Part shown: positions 10,383 through 21,728 of the stretch, in pieces
How positions within the stretch are numbered: position 1 is the first letter of the stretch
Layout of the letters: each line of letters opens with the position of its first letter
From: an uncultured candidate division Zixibacteria bacterium
GTDB lineage: Bacteria; Zixibacteria; MSB-5A5; RBG-16-43-9
DNA length: 64,000 bases
Assembly: GCA_963713865.1 (NCBI GenBank)
Contig: OY970208.1
Location: forward strand, 1,696,001 to 1,760,000
Direction of reading: 5' to 3'
Program-made: the position numbers and the translations under genes
Notes under the pieces: model-generated
Databases searched by the model: none
Seen by the model: the letters and a program-made list of their open reading frames with translations, nothing else
What the model was told of the DNA's origin: nothing

Positions 10383-11174
10383 TTATTCTTGACTCCACTT
10401 AGGCTTTCTTTTTTCCAGAAATGCGTTCATCCCTTCCTGTCCTTCTTCGCTTATTCTCATCTTGGCAATGACTTCAGCAGTGTATCTTTTGAATTCTTCT
10501 GGCTTCATCCCAGGAACATTATGCAACAAATCTTTGCACATAGCTGAAGCTTTGGGACCTGAGGAAAGGAGCTGTTTTATCCTTTCGTTTACGGCTTCAT
10601 CTAATTTATCTTCTGGAACCACCTGGTTTGCCATACCGGATTGTAAAGCTTTTTGAGCATCTATTCTTTCGCCGGTTAAAAATAACTCCCTGGCTACTCT
10701 TTCACCAACTCTTCGCAGAACATAGGGAGAGATGCAGGCGGGGACTAAACCTAATTTTACCTCAGATAAGCTGAACTTAGCCTTTTCTGAGGCTATGACT
10801 ATGTCACATACTGCCACCAAACCAGCTCCTCCTCCGATGGCTGCACCATTGACCCGGGCAATAGTTGGCTGAGGGAGGGTATACATCAAATAGAAAAGTT
10901 CAGCTAACTGCAGAGATTCTTTCAGATTTTCTTCATAAGAAAAATTTATTACCCTTTTCATCCAGTTCAAATCCGCACCTGCACAGAAAGATTGACCATT
11001 CCCGGTGAGAACCGCGATTCTAATTTTTTCGTCTGCTGAAATTATTTTAAAAATTTCAGTAAGCTCGAAAATCATAATGTCGTTAAAGGCATTATGCACT
11101 TCCGGACGATTCAGAAAAATACGGGCAATTTGATTTTCGATTTTAAAAGTGATGGTTTGATATTCCGAAGGCAT
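10383..11174 (-). CDS. Methylglutaconyl-CoA hydratase (LiuC/AUH-like)
   Basis: LNRPEVHNAFND, FCAGADLNWMK, GGGAGLVAVCD, SEVKLGLVPACISPYV; lies between MCC subunits. Confidence 0.88.
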   Translation of the reverse strand: MPSEYQTITFKIENQIARIFLNRPEVHNAFNDIMIFELTEIFKIISADEKIRIAVLTGNGQSFCAGADLNWMKRVINFSYEENLKESLQLAELFYLMYTLPQPTIARVNGAAIGGGAGLVAVCDIVIASEKAKFSLSEVKLGLVPACISPYVLRRVGERVARELFLTGERIDAQKALQSGMANQVVPEDKLDEAVNERIKQLLSSGPKASAMCKDLLHNVPGMKPEEFKRYTAEVIAKMRISEEGQEGMNAFLEKRKPKWSQE

Positions 11175-11187
11175 CTTTATTATCCTT

Positions 11188-11255
11188 TGTCATTCTGAGC
11201 CCGTAGGGCGAAGAATCTGTAGATTCTTCGGTCGCCATGCTCCCTCAGAATGACA
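11188..11255. repeat. MITE-like inverted repeat (TGTCATTCTGAG...CTCAGAATGACA)
   Basis: Terminal 12-bp inverted repeat enclosing a cgaagaatct/agattcttcg inner palindrome. Confidence 0.8.
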
Positions 11256-11267
11256 GCTCTAATTATT

Positions 11268-12875
11268 TTACATCCTGAAAATCCCATATTTAGTCTCTGG
11301 GATAGGTTCATTCAGAGCCATAGAGATTCCTAAAGCTAATGCAGTTCTGGTCTCGACTGGGTCGACTATACCATCATCCCATAACCTGGCAGTGCTGTAA
11401 TAAGGGCTGGATTCCTCTTCGTATTTTTTCAAAATCGGCTCTTTGAATTTCTCTTGCTCCTCCTCGGTCATCTTAATCCCTTTAGCTTCCAAGGTTCTCA
11501 TCCTTACGGTTAATAAAACATTTGCCGCCTGATCCCCTCCCATCACGCAGATTTTGGCATTGGGCCACATCCATAAAAGACGCGGGTTATAAGCCCTTCC
11601 GCACATCCCGTAATTTCCAGCACCATAGGAACCGCCAACAATTACCGTGAATTTTGGCACATCTGCATTGGCAACTGCATGCACCATCTTGGCTCCATCT
11701 TTGGCAATTCCGCCGTGCTCATATTGTTTGCCGACAATAAACCCGGTGATATTCTGCAAGAATATCAAAGGGATTTTTCTCATAGTGCAAAGGGTGATAA
11801 AATGTGCAGCTTTAACTGAGCTTTCGGAGAATAGAACACCATTATTAGCTAAAATTCCCACGGGATAACCCATTATCTTAGCAAAGCCTGTGACAATCGT
11901 AGGTCCATAAAGCTCCTTGAACTCCTGGAACTTACTCCCGTCCACTATGCGGGCGATAATCTCCCTCTGGTCATAAGGTTTTCTTATGTCACGAGGTATA
12001 ACCCCGTATATTTCTTTTGGGTCATAATAAGGTTCTTCAGGTTCCTTTGTATCCAGCTCAAATTTTTTGGGGTGATCTAAATTCTCGATTATATTTCTGG
12101 TAATCTCTATGGCATGTTCATCATTTAAAGCATAGTGGTCTGCTACACCTGAAATCCGGCAGTGAACATCAGCCCCGCCTAATTCCTCATCGGTGACTTC
12201 CTCTCCGGTTGCGGCTTTGACCAGAGGAGGACCTCCGATGAAAATAGTTCCCTGTTTTTTTACTATTACCGCCTCATCGCTCATCGCCGGGACATAAGCT
12301 CCTCCTGCAGTGCAGGAACCTAAGACCACTGCTATCTGGGGAATTCCCAAGGCAGAAAGTCTTGCCTGGTTATAAAAGATTTTGCCAAAATGGTTTTTGT
12401 CCGGGAAGGTTCCGGATTGATATGGTAAGAAAATCCCGCCAGAATCGACTAAGTAAACGCAGGGGAGATGGTTCTGCTCTGCTATTTCCTGAGCGCGAAC
12501 ATGTTTTTTTATGGTAGAGGGGAAATAGGTTCCGCCCTTGACTGTGGCATCATTTGCCACAATCAGAACCTCTCTTCCGTGAACCACACCCACTCCGGTT
12601 ATTATTCCTGAGCTTGGAGGTTCTTCCTCATACATTTTATAACCAGCTAAATGGGAGAACTCCAAAAAAGGAGTATTTTTATCGAAGAGAAGATTTAATC
12701 TTTCCCTGGGTAGAAGTTTTCCTCTGGCTTTATGTCTTGCCTTATCTTTGGCAGAGCCACCCTCCTTAATCTTGGCTAAAACCTCCTTATACTCATCCAC
12801 CACCCTCTGCATGGCGTCAAGATTGGCTTTGAATTCTAAGGAACTGGTATCGATTTTTGATTCTATACGGAACAT
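11268..12875 (-). CDS. Methylcrotonyl-CoA carboxylase carboxyltransferase (beta) subunit
   Basis: [62 protein letters not shown]-terminal GIFRM. Confidence 0.95.
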   Translation of the reverse strand: MFRIESKIDTSSLEFKANLDAMQRVVDEYKEVLAKIKEGGSAKDKARHKARGKLLPRERLNLLFDKNTPFLEFSHLAGYKMYEEEPPSSGIITGVGVVHGREVLIVANDATVKGGTYFPSTIKKHVRAQEIAEQNHLPCVYLVDSGGIFLPYQSGTFPDKNHFGKIFYNQARLSALGIPQIAVVLGSCTAGGAYVPAMSDEAVIVKKQGTIFIGGPPLVKAATGEEVTDEELGGADVHCRISGVADHYALNDEHAIEITRNIIENLDHPKKFELDTKEPEEPYYDPKEIYGVIPRDIRKPYDQREIIARIVDGSKFQEFKELYGPTIVTGFAKIMGYPVGILANNGVLFSESSVKAAHFITLCTMRKIPLIFLQNITGFIVGKQYEHGGIAKDGAKMVHAVANADVPKFTVIVGGSYGAGNYGMCGRAYNPRLLWMWPNAKICVMGGDQAANVLLTVRMRTLEAKGIKMTEEEQEKFKEPILKKYEEESSPYYSTARLWDDGIVDPVETRTALALGISMALNEPIPETKYGIFRM

Positions 12876-12902
12876 TTTTTACCTTTACCTTAGTTATATT
12901 TC

Positions 12903-13021
12903 GTAGTGCGACCCTTTTCCTATTAACGGATCCGAAGCAAGCCCCCGTAGGGTATGATATGGTCGTATTGCCCTACGGGCGCTACTTTTTAAATACGTCC
13001 GACAGAAACGTCAGACGTTAC
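12903..13021. repeat. GTAG-type REP cluster with internal insert
   Basis: gtagtgcgaccc...gcgctac ends, an internal cccgtaggg/ccctacggg stem, then cgtccgacagaaacgtcagacgttac. Confidence 0.65.
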
Positions 13022-13056
13022 GTCTCCAAACTCCAAACGAACAAGCTTCAAACTTT

Positions 13057-13446
13057 TTACACCGGCACGCATTTATACCCGTAACAGATAATCCCGGCTT
13101 CGCCTTCCTGGAAGATTTTCCGGAACTCGATTCTCACCGGCATCCCGATCTCCAATTTGTCAAAATCGCAGTCTGCTACCTGGGATAAAATCTTAACTCC
13201 CTCATTTAGTTCCACTATTCCCATGGCATAAGGAGTCTGATCTGTGAATTGACTGGGCGCTACCCGGATTACGGTATAGGTAAGAAGCTTGCCTTCTTTT
13301 TGTAAATTAATCTTCTCGAATTCTCTGGATTTACAACCATCGCAGATTAATCTTGGCGGAAAGAATATCTTACCGCATTTTTTGCATTTCCCAGCCTCTA
13401 ATCTATATCTCTGAGGGATTTCCCTCCAGTATTTTGGCGATGACAT
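13057..13446 (-). CDS. DUF35 Zn-ribbon/OB-fold protein (thiolase-HMGS scaffold)
   Basis: KCKKCG-x-FFPPR-x-CDGC zinc ribbon plus OB fold; translationally coupled to the thiolase. Confidence 0.92.
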   Translation of the reverse strand: MSSPKYWREIPQRYRLEAGKCKKCGKIFFPPRLICDGCKSREFEKINLQKEGKLLTYTVIRVAPSQFTDQTPYAMGIVELNEGVKILSQVADCDFDKLEIGMPVRIEFRKIFQEGEAGIICYGYKCVPV

Positions 13447-14603
13447 TATACCACCTCCATTATATGAACAATGCTGCTTCCCCCGCTTCCTCCCATATTC
13501 TGGGTCAAGCCGATTTTGGCATTTTTGACCTGTCTTTCACCAGCATCACCCCTGAGCTGTTTTACTATCTCGATTGCCTGGGCAACTCCGGTTGCTCCAA
13601 CTGGATGACCTTTCGATTTTAGTCCGCCAGAAGTATTAACCGGTATCTTTCCACCGAGAGTGGTTAACCCGTGCTCGGTTTCGGGACCGCCTTTTCCTTT
13701 TTCCACAAAACCTAACGCCTCGATCACGCAGATCTCCGCAATAGTGAAACAGTCGTGAACCTCTGCTAAATCTATCTCTTCTGGTCTTTTGCCTGACATA
13801 TCATAAGCGATTTTTGCGGCTCGCTCAGTTGATTTAATCTCAGTTAAATCATTCCGGCTGTGAAGAGCAATAGTATCTGTGGCATGGCCTATACCGATTA
13901 TTTTGACAACTGGTTTTTTAGAAATCTTCTTAGCTAAATCCAGGGGTGCTAAAATTACTGCAGCGGCTCCATCGGTTATAGGAGAGCAGTCTAAAATTCT
14001 TAACGGATCTGCTACCATGACCGAGTCCAGAACCTCCTCTAAAGTTATCTTCTGAGGATATTGAGACAGGGGGTTCATTGAGCCGTGATAATGGTTTTTC
14101 ACCGCGACCTGAGCAAGCTGTTTTCTTGTGGTTCCATATTTCTGCATATGGGCACGCGCCATCAAAGCATAAAGTCCAGGAAAAGTTATTCCCTGATAGA
14201 CCTCATATTCCTGGTCTGCGGCAGTGGAGAGGGCAAAAGTAGCGCCAGCTACTGAAACGTCGGTCATCTTCTCCACACCTCCCACTAAAACTATATCGTT
14301 TAATCCTGAGGCAACCTCGATAAATCCTGTTTTCAAAGCTAATCCTCCGGATGCGCAGGCAGATTCAACCCTGGTAGCTGGAATTTGTCCCATTCCCAAA
14401 TAATCAGATAAAAGAGAGGAGAGGTGCTCCTGATCCACAAAAAGACCCGAGGACATACATCCAACATACATAGAGTCGATATGGTCAACACCCGCATCTT
14501 CAATTGCCAGTAAAGCCGCCTCAGTGAATATGTCCCTTAAAGATTTTTCCCATAACTCCCCCCATTTATTCATTCCCACACCGATTATTGCGACGTCTCT
14601 CAT
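13446..14603 (-). CDS. Archaeal-type acetoacetyl-CoA thiolase
   Basis: [41 protein letters not shown]. Confidence 0.92.
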   Translation of the reverse strand: MRDVAIIGVGMNKWGELWEKSLRDIFTEAALLAIEDAGVDHIDSMYVGCMSSGLFVDQEHLSSLLSDYLGMGQIPATRVESACASGGLALKTGFIEVASGLNDIVLVGGVEKMTDVSVAGATFALSTAADQEYEVYQGITFPGLYALMARAHMQKYGTTRKQLAQVAVKNHYHGSMNPLSQYPQKITLEEVLDSVMVADPLRILDCSPITDGAAAVILAPLDLAKKISKKPVVKIIGIGHATDTIALHSRNDLTEIKSTERAAKIAYDMSGKRPEEIDLAEVHDCFTIAEICVIEALGFVEKGKGGPETEHGLTTLGGKIPVNTSGGLKSKGHPVGATGVAQAIEIVKQLRGDAGERQVKNAKIGLTQNMGGSGGSSIVHIMEVV

Positions 14604-14611
14604 TTTCTCTC

Positions 14612-15658
14612 CTATTCCCCTTTCCTGATTTTTCCGCGGTATTTAGCGTAAGTCCCGTATTCCACATAGCTTTTATTATTGTTCAGCATATCTCTGGTCT
14701 TAATCGCTTTGTCCCTGACCTGGTTTATCCTCTCAGTCACCCTCCAGACAAAAGCATCACTTCCTGCACCTGAGCCATAAGAGACCATAAAAATTAAATC
14801 ATCTGGTTTGGCTTCATCTAAAATCGCAGTTAATCCCATAGGGGAGGAACCTGAATAAGTATTTCCCAGTTTCGGACACAAAAGACCTGTTTCCATCTGT
14901 TCCTTTTCAAACCCTAAGAGCTTACCTACCTTCACAGGAAATTTTCCATTGGGCTGGTGAAAAACCGCATACTGGAAATCCTTAGGCTTCATTTTTAATT
15001 TCTCTAACATCCCTTTTCCCGCGCCTAAGATATGTTTGAAATAAGCCGGGTCACCGGTAAATCTGGAGGCATGTCTGGGATAGAATTGATACTCTCTTCT
15101 CCAGAAATCCGGGGTATCGGTCATATAGGAATAGGTATCAACTGCCTCAGCGATAATATTGTCCTTCCCCATAATGAAAGCTGCAGCTCCGGCCGCAGCG
15201 GTATATTCTAATGCATCCCCGGGTGCTCCCTGAGAAGTATCTGCTCCAACTGCCAAGCCATATTCGATTGAGCCGGATCCGACCAAACCCAGGCAGACGA
15301 ACATCGCTTCAGTCCCAGCTTTGCAGGCAAATTCAAAATCTGCGCAGTGAACGTCCGGAGTGGCTCCGATGGCTTCTCCTACCACTGTTCCGCTTGGTTT
15401 TACTGCATAAGGATGTGATTCTGAGCCTACATAAACCGCCCCAATTTTTTTAGGGTCAATCTGTGCCCGTTTCAAAGCACTAAAAGCGGCTTCGACTGAC
15501 ATAGTGATAGTGTCCTGATCTGGAGCGGGGACAGATTTTTCTTCCACACTAAGCCCCTTTTTATAGGCTTGTGCATCAGCACCCCAGACTTTGGCGATCT
15601 CTTCCACCTTTATCCTGTGTCTGGGGATATATGCCCCGTATCCTGTGATTCCAACCAT
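14612..15658 (-). CDS. Archaeal-type hydroxymethylglutaryl-CoA synthase
   Basis: [19 protein letters not shown] (catalytic Cys), [33 protein letters not shown]. Confidence 0.93.
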   Translation of the reverse strand: MVGITGYGAYIPRHRIKVEEIAKVWGADAQAYKKGLSVEEKSVPAPDQDTITMSVEAAFSALKRAQIDPKKIGAVYVGSESHPYAVKPSGTVVGEAIGATPDVHCADFEFACKAGTEAMFVCLGLVGSGSIEYGLAVGADTSQGAPGDALEYTAAAGAAAFIMGKDNIIAEAVDTYSYMTDTPDFWRREYQFYPRHASRFTGDPAYFKHILGAGKGMLEKLKMKPKDFQYAVFHQPNGKFPVKVGKLLGFEKEQMETGLLCPKLGNTYSGSSPMGLTAILDEAKPDDLIFMVSYGSGAGSDAFVWRVTERINQVRDKAIKTRDMLNNNKSYVEYGTYAKYRGKIRKGE

Positions 15659-15698
15659 AGATTACCCTCGCTTTCTTTTTATTTTCAAAAGGAAAAGT

Positions 15699-15728
15699 AT
15701 TATACTAAATAAACATGGAAAAAGTCAA
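15699..15728 (-). promoter_or_regulatory. Sigma70-type promoter for the HMGS operon
   Basis: Minus strand TTGACT-N18-TATAAT, about 40 bp upstream of the HMGS start. Confidence 0.6.
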
Positions 15729-16239
15729 GATTTTTTGACAGAATATTTTTTAAAAATTTCGGGAATCTAGATTTTGAGAAAACCCAGGTGACTTTCAATG
15801 TAAATTCGCAGTGCAACGAGTCACTGCGAATTTCTTCTTAAAAGAAGAGATAATATGACCTTATCCTGTCCCTTTCCTAAGAGGAGAGGAAACTGTAGAT
15901 TGTAGAATCGGGTTTTATACCTGACGTTAATTTCCCCCGTTGGGTCAGGGGACCCGACGGTCACAGTAAAACATCCATGGGGATGCACTCCATAGTCAAC
16001 TCCTGCCTGAATTAAGAGCGGAGGATTTAGAGTTATAGAGACCAGTAGAATCATTAGAGATTACATTCTCTTCACGGAAGTAAATTATATTTATCTACTT
16101 CATGAAATTGAGAAATCAGCAGATATTAAGCTATTTTTTAATTGACAACCATCATTAAGAATATTAACTTTTAAAAAATTTTATCGGGTTTTAGCACCAT
16201 AAATATCCAAATCTGGATACGGAGGAAAGGAGGTAATCT

Positions 16240-16542
16240 ATGTGGGTTTTGAAGATACTTTTAATCCTGGCGATAATTATGATTTTAATTGGCTTCTCTA
16301 TATATAACTCCGGTGAATATGTCTCGGTCAATCTCTTCGGCTATCAATATTCTGGAGTGCCAATGATAATCGTAGCTTACTGGTCTTTAGTAATCGGGAT
16401 GTTCATCTCTTTCCTGTTAGGGGTATCTTATTACCTGCGAATTCAAGCAGAGCTAAGAGAACAAAGAAAAGAAAATGCAAGACTGACCGAGGAAATAACC
16501 ACTCTCAGAAATCTACCATTAGAAGAAGAAAAGATGGAATAA
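16240..16542 (+). CDS. LapA-family small membrane protein
   Basis: Two hydrophobic segments plus a coiled C-terminus; directly upstream of a LapB-like gene. Confidence 0.7.
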   Translation: MWVLKILLILAIIMILIGFSIYNSGEYVSVNLFGYQYSGVPMIIVAYWSLVIGMFISFLLGVSYYLRIQAELREQRKENARLTEEITTLRNLPLEEEKME

Positions 16543-16547
16543 AATTT

Positions 16548-16599
16548 TAATAACGAATAGCTAATAGCGAATGACGAATATCTAACATCGAACAGCTAA
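16548..16599. repeat. Degenerate heptamer tandem repeat
   Basis: taacgaa/tagctaa/tagcgaa/tgacgaa/tatctaa/catcgaa/cagctaa. Confidence 0.65.
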
Positions 16600-16610
16600 G
16601 TGGAGGTAAC

Positions 16611-17762
16611 GTGAGCTCTTCTCATATCATTTCGATTTTTGCAGTTAGTTTGCTTATCTTGATTCTTATTGCTTACTTCCTGTCAAAATCTAAAAGAAAA
16701 GAAGCCAAGCCAGCTCAGAGGTTATATCTTGAAGCTTTAAGAGCTTTAGTCTCGGGGGATGATAAAGTAGCCTTTCAGAGATTTAAACAGGTGGTGACTG
16801 AGGATACAGACAATGTGGATGCTTATTTAAAATTAGGGGATCTTTTCCGCAAAAGAGGGCAGATCGAAAAAGCCCTCCAGGTTCATAATGAGCTTACTTT
16901 AAGGTATGGACTTTCGGATGAAACCCGGATTGAGATCCTCAAGAGCTTAGCGGAAGATTATTTAGAGGCAAAGGATTGGGAGAAGGGCGTTTCGATTTTG
17001 AATGATATTCTTAAATTAGATCATCATAATTTATGGGCGAAGAGAAATCTTTTAACCTGTTATGAAGGACTTTCTTCCTGGGAGGAGGCAACCAGGTTCA
17101 GAGAGGAATTAGCTAAAGATAAATCTGAAAAAGAGAGAAGTTACCCTGTTTTAGCTTTATACCAAGTATTTCAAGGGAATGAGCTTGCCGGAAAAGGGGA
17201 ATATCATAAAGCCAGACTTTGTTATAAAGGGGCATTAAACTACGACGATAAATGTGTACCAGCCTATCTTTATCTGGGGGAAGCCTATATTGCAGACCGG
17301 AGACCAGAGGATGCTATAACCTACTGGAGAAAGCTCTTAGAAATAGTACCGCAGAGTGGATATTTAATATTTGATCGGTTAGAAGAAACTTTATTTGAGA
17401 TTGGAAGTTATAGCGAGATGGCTGAAATCTATAACCGGCTCTTAAAAAACAATCCTAAAGATATAATAGCATTACAGGCTCTGGCAATTATCTACGAGAA
17501 AAAGGGTAGATTTGAAGTAGCACAGCAAAATTATAAAACTATCTTAGAGATAGACCCCAATTACCTGCCAGCACATCTTAATCTTATAAAAATTTACCAG
17601 GAAACCGGTCAACTTGACAAAGCTCAGATTGTAATAGATGAGCTTTCTACAAAATTAGGGAAAAGAGGGGAATTTTTCAGCTGTTCTAAATGCGGGCATA
17701 AGTCTGAAGAGCCTTTATGGAAATGCCCGAATTGTCTGGAATGGAATAGCTTTAATATCTAA
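16611..17762 (+). CDS. LapB-like TPR protein with C-terminal rubredoxin-type Zn finger
   Basis: N-terminal TM, TPRs (AYLKLGDLFRKRG), CSKCG...WKCPNC. Confidence 0.8.
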   Translation: MSSSHIISIFAVSLLILILIAYFLSKSKRKEAKPAQRLYLEALRALVSGDDKVAFQRFKQVVTEDTDNVDAYLKLGDLFRKRGQIEKALQVHNELTLRYGLSDETRIEILKSLAEDYLEAKDWEKGVSILNDILKLDHHNLWAKRNLLTCYEGLSSWEEATRFREELAKDKSEKERSYPVLALYQVFQGNELAGKGEYHKARLCYKGALNYDDKCVPAYLYLGEAYIADRRPEDAITYWRKLLEIVPQSGYLIFDRLEETLFEIGSYSEMAEIYNRLLKNNPKDIIALQALAIIYEKKGRFEVAQQNYKTILEIDPNYLPAHLNLIKIYQETGQLDKAQIVIDELSTKLGKRGEFFSCSKCGHKSEEPLWKCPNCLEWNSFNI

Positions 17763-17771
17763 TCTACTTAA

Positions 17772-18788
17772 ATGGACTTCAGGAATATACTTGCTGTAAT
17801 CAGAATATTATTATCGGGACTGATTTTGTTCTGTTCCTCCGCAGTCGGTCAGGGATTAAATACGGCCATCAGCTACTATAATCAGGGAGATTTCAAATCC
17901 GCTCAGGAAGAGTTGCGGAGTTATTTAGAATCAAATCCTTCTGATTTTGAAGCTTTATATTATGCGGGTAAATTAGAAGTGGATGCGGAAAAATCGGTTG
18001 AATATTTCAAAAAGGTCTGGAAAAACTCCTCCAAAGTTAAGAGAGAGGAGTCAGCTCTGGAACTCTGCTGGTATTATCAAGCCGAGGGATTAAACGATTC
18101 TCTATTTTCGTTTTGCTCTGAGTTTAAAAAAAGTTTTCTCCGGAGCGCTTTTTTACCACAGATATTGTGGTTGGAGAGCAAGACTTATTTATCTATTGGC
18201 AGAACGGACCAAGCTTTGAAAGGGTTTAAAAATATAGTTGATCTTTATCCTCTTTCTTTCTGGTCAGCCCTGGCGCAGCTGGGGTTGGGGGAGGTTTATT
18301 TTTCTCTGGGGGAATTCGATAAAAGCATAAAGGAATATAATAAGGTAATGGATGAATATGCAGAGACGGAAGCTTTTCCTTTGACTCTTGCAGAAATCTA
18401 TCGTTTGTTTGAGAGTTCTGGAGACAAAAATAAAGCAATTCTTTATTTGAACCTTTATAAGGAGAAATTCCCGGAAGGGATAGATACAGAAAGTCAGATT
18501 TTAACTGAAGATATTATTCCAGAAAAAAAATCAGGTGACGCAGAGAAATTAACCGGGACAAAATATACTGTGCAAATAGGTGTGTTCTCCAATAAGGTAA
18601 ACGCAGCTAAGATCATGAAAGAATTGAAATCCAGAGGATACAAGCCAGAGCAGAATTATAAGACAATTCAAACTAAGAAGTATAGTGTGATTCAGGTTGG
18701 CGCTTTTGATTCCCTGTCAGAGGCTCAAAAACTAAGGGAGAAACTGGAGAAGGAAATGGGGGAAGTTTATAATATCGTGATCAAGTAA
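17772..18788 (+). CDS. TPR + SPOR domain periplasmic protein
   Basis: Signal peptide, TPR-like helices, YTVQIGVFSNKVNA...VQVGAF SPOR pattern. Confidence 0.8.
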   Translation: MDFRNILAVIRILLSGLILFCSSAVGQGLNTAISYYNQGDFKSAQEELRSYLESNPSDFEALYYAGKLEVDAEKSVEYFKKVWKNSSKVKREESALELCWYYQAEGLNDSLFSFCSEFKKSFLRSAFLPQILWLESKTYLSIGRTDQALKGFKNIVDLYPLSFWSALAQLGLGEVYFSLGEFDKSIKEYNKVMDEYAETEAFPLTLAEIYRLFESSGDKNKAILYLNLYKEKFPEGIDTESQILTEDIIPEKKSGDAEKLTGTKYTVQIGVFSNKVNAAKIMKELKSRGYKPEQNYKTIQTKKYSVIQVGAFDSLSEAQKLREKLEKEMGEVYNIVIK

Positions 18789-18836
18789 CATTTTTTGAAA
18801 TATAACCTGCCCCAAAATCTTTTCAAGCTATAAAAG

Positions 18837-21440
18837 ATGGAAAATTTCTCGACCCCTTTGATGGAACAATATAATCGGATTAAAAGCCAGCATCCGGATG
18901 AGATCATTTTTTTCCGAATGGGGGATTTCTATGAGATGTTCGGTGAAGATGCCAAAATTGCCTCCAGGATCCTGGGAATAGCCTTAACTTCCAGAGCACA
19001 TGGTAAGATGGAAAGAGTTCCCTTGGCTGGAGTGCCTTATCATTCAGCAGAAAAATATCTGACTAAATTATTAAAAGCCGGGAAAAAGGTGGTGGTATGT
19101 GAACAAACTGAAGACCCAAGAAAAGCCAAGGGATTAGTGAAAAGGGAAATCGTAGAGATAATCACTCCCGGAACTATTACTCTGGATCAAGCTCTGGATA
19201 GTCAGGAGAATAACTACCTGGTTAGTCTTTTCGAGAGTAAGGAAAAATATGGATTGGGTTTAATTGACCTTTCTACGGGCGAGTTTAAAATAGATGAAGT
19301 TTTCCCGGAGAAACTTTCGGAGATGCTGAACACTCTTGCTCCTTCAGAAATATTAGTTCCGGAGGAATGGGAACAGAATAAAAAAGAGAATTTGAAAAAT
19401 GGAATAAATTTTAATTTCACTTTAACTCCCCTGGAAAGCTGGAAATTCTCCTATGATTTTGCTTTTAGACTATTAACCGAACATTTCAGGACCTCCTCCT
19501 TAGAAGGATTCGGTGTCCAGGACTTGAAATTGGGTATCTGCTCAGCCGGGGCAATTTTATCTTATCTGAATCAAACCAAAAAGACCTTTATCTTGCATAT
19601 AAATAATATCTCGAAAATTTTTAACTCTGAGGAGATGTTCTTAGATACAAATACTATTCGCAATCTGGAATTGCTTTCTTCTCTTTCGACCAGGGATAAA
19701 GAAAACACCCTTTTTTCTCTTATAAACAGGACAAAAACACCTATGGGCACCAGGCTTTTGAAAAACTGGGTCATAAAACCTCTTTTGAATTTACAGAAGA
19801 TAAAAGAACGCCAGGAGGGGATTAAAGAGTTTTTTGATAATAAAAACTTATTCGATGAAATAGAAAAGAAATTAGAATCTATTTCTGATTTAGAAAGGCT
19901 AAGTGGCAAGTTAGGTTATGGAAAAGCTAATCCAAAAGACCTCATAGGCATAAAAGAATCATTTAAAGTAATGCCTGAAATCAAAAATGTTCTGGGAAAT
20001 GTAAGCTCTTTCATCCTTAAAGAGATCATTAAGGCTATCCCAGAAATTTCAGATATAGTAAATCTCATTGAGCATTCCATGGTTGAAGATCCTCCTCTGA
20101 TTTTGACTGAAGGCGGGATTATCAAGAAAGGTTATGACCAGGAACTGGATGCTCTTAAGAAAGATGTCTCTGATAATAAAAACTGGATTGCTCATTTAGA
20201 GAAAAATGAAAAGGAGAGAACTGGTATTCCATCTTTGAAGGTTGGGTTTAATCAGATATTTGGATATTATATTGAGGTTACCCGGCATCATCTATCAAAG
20301 GTGCCTTTAGATTATATAAGAAAACAGACGATGGTCAATGCAGAAAGGTTTGTAACGCCTGAGCTAAAGGAGAGAGAAGCAAAGATAGTTGGCGCTGAAG
20401 AGAAAATCTTTCAAATGGAATATGAGCTTTTTCTCAAGGTGAGGGACCAGGTTGCCAGAAGAACAAAGGACATTCAACTTTGCGCAGAGATAATTGCCCG
20501 GCTGGATTTACTCTTATCATTTTCCAAAGTGGCAAAAGAAAATGATTATATTCTTCCTGAGGTAGAGAATGGAGATGAAATTATTATTGAAGAGGGGAGA
20601 CATCCAGTTATCGAGCAGGTTCTGGATTACGGGACATTTATCCCCAATGATACTAAAATAGGTGAGGATGAAAGGATTCATATCATCACCGGGCCAAATA
20701 TGGCTGGGAAATCTACTTATCTACGTCAGGTTGGTCTTTTAGTCCTTTTAGCTCAGATCGGCTCCTTTATTCCAGCGAAAAAAGCTAAAATCGGAATTGT
20801 TGACCGCATTTTTACGCGGGTAGGAGCTATGGATAATATCGCTTTAGGACAGAGCACTTTCTTAGTTGAAATGAACGAGACTGCTAATATCTTAAATAAC
20901 GCCACCTCAAAAAGTCTTATCCTCTTAGATGAGATCGGCAGAGGAACTTCTACTTTTGATGGGCTTTCCATAGCCTGGGCTGTAACCGAATATCTGCATA
21001 ATAGTGAGAAAGTCTGTGCCAAGACATTATTTACCACCCATTATCATGAGTTGACTGAACTGGCAAAGTTTTTGCCCAAGGTTAGAAATTATAATGTAGC
21101 GGTTAAAGAATGGGAAGATGAGATCATCTTTTTGAGGAAGATAATCCCTGGAGGGTGTGACGATAGCTATGGCATTCAGGTAGCGCGTTTAGCCGGGATA
21201 CCAAAAATCGTTTTGGAAAGAGCCAAAGAGATTTTAGCTGAATTAGAATCGGGCGAGCTTTCCTATGAGAAACTTCCCAGACCTGAAACAGGACAGCTAA
21301 TTAAAGATTTTCAGTTGAGCTTTTTCTCGCCTAAAGAGAGCTTGATTTGTGATGAGCTCAAGAAACTTGAGATCGAGAAATTAACTCCCCTGGAAGCGTT
21401 GAATAAGTTAGAAGAGCTGAAGAAAAAATTAAAGAAATAA
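18837..21440 (+). CDS. mutS: DNA mismatch repair protein MutS
   Basis: TPLMEQY, FFRMGDFYEMF, TGPNMAGKSTYLRQ, STFLVEM, DEIGRGTST, THYHEL, SYGIQVA. Confidence 0.98.
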   Translation: MENFSTPLMEQYNRIKSQHPDEIIFFRMGDFYEMFGEDAKIASRILGIALTSRAHGKMERVPLAGVPYHSAEKYLTKLLKAGKKVVVCEQTEDPRKAKGLVKREIVEIITPGTITLDQALDSQENNYLVSLFESKEKYGLGLIDLSTGEFKIDEVFPEKLSEMLNTLAPSEILVPEEWEQNKKENLKNGINFNFTLTPLESWKFSYDFAFRLLTEHFRTSSLEGFGVQDLKLGICSAGAILSYLNQTKKTFILHINNISKIFNSEEMFLDTNTIRNLELLSSLSTRDKENTLFSLINRTKTPMGTRLLKNWVIKPLLNLQKIKERQEGIKEFFDNKNLFDEIEKKLESISDLERLSGKLGYGKANPKDLIGIKESFKVMPEIKNVLGNVSSFILKEIIKAIPEISDIVNLIEHSMVEDPPLILTEGGIIKKGYDQELDALKKDVSDNKNWIAHLEKNEKERTGIPSLKVGFNQIFGYYIEVTRHHLSKVPLDYIRKQTMVNAERFVTPELKEREAKIVGAEEKIFQMEYELFLKVRDQVARRTKDIQLCAEIIARLDLLLSFSKVAKENDYILPEVENGDEIIIEEGRHPVIEQVLDYGTFIPNDTKIGEDERIHIITGPNMAGKSTYLRQVGLLVLLAQIGSFIPAKKAKIGIVDRIFTRVGAMDNIALGQSTFLVEMNETANILNNATSKSLILLDEIGRGTSTFDGLSIAWAVTEYLHNSEKVCAKTLFTTHYHELTELAKFLPKVRNYNVAVKEWEDEIIFLRKIIPGGCDDSYGIQVARLAGIPKIVLERAKEILAELESGELSYEKLPRPETGQLIKDFQLSFFSPKESLICDELKKLEIEKLTPLEALNKLEELKKKLKK

Positions 21441-21728
21441 TAGTAGACAGTAGACAGGGAAAAGGTGATAGGTTATAGGTATTGGGATTTTTTGTTCGTG
21501 CAGGTATTGTCATCAAGGCTTAGTCAAAGACTAAGGAATTCCCGCACGGTTTGGTTCAGGTCACCAGGATTCCTCCTTTGGCGGAAAAATCCAATTCCCA
21601 AACCATCTGAGACGCATGCAATGCGTCTCTACAACTCCAGAAAAAATCGAACTTTTTTTTATCGAACTATTGACAAGATAGAATGCATATATTATAATCA
21701 AAAAGTTTTAGTTAACCTTTAACCTTTT

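Noticed and set aside
13057-15658. PhlABC-type (DAPG) acyltransferase cluster
   Set aside because: The HMGS keeps its catalytic Glu/Cys/His motifs and no type III PKS is nearby; the context is HMG-CoA metabolism.
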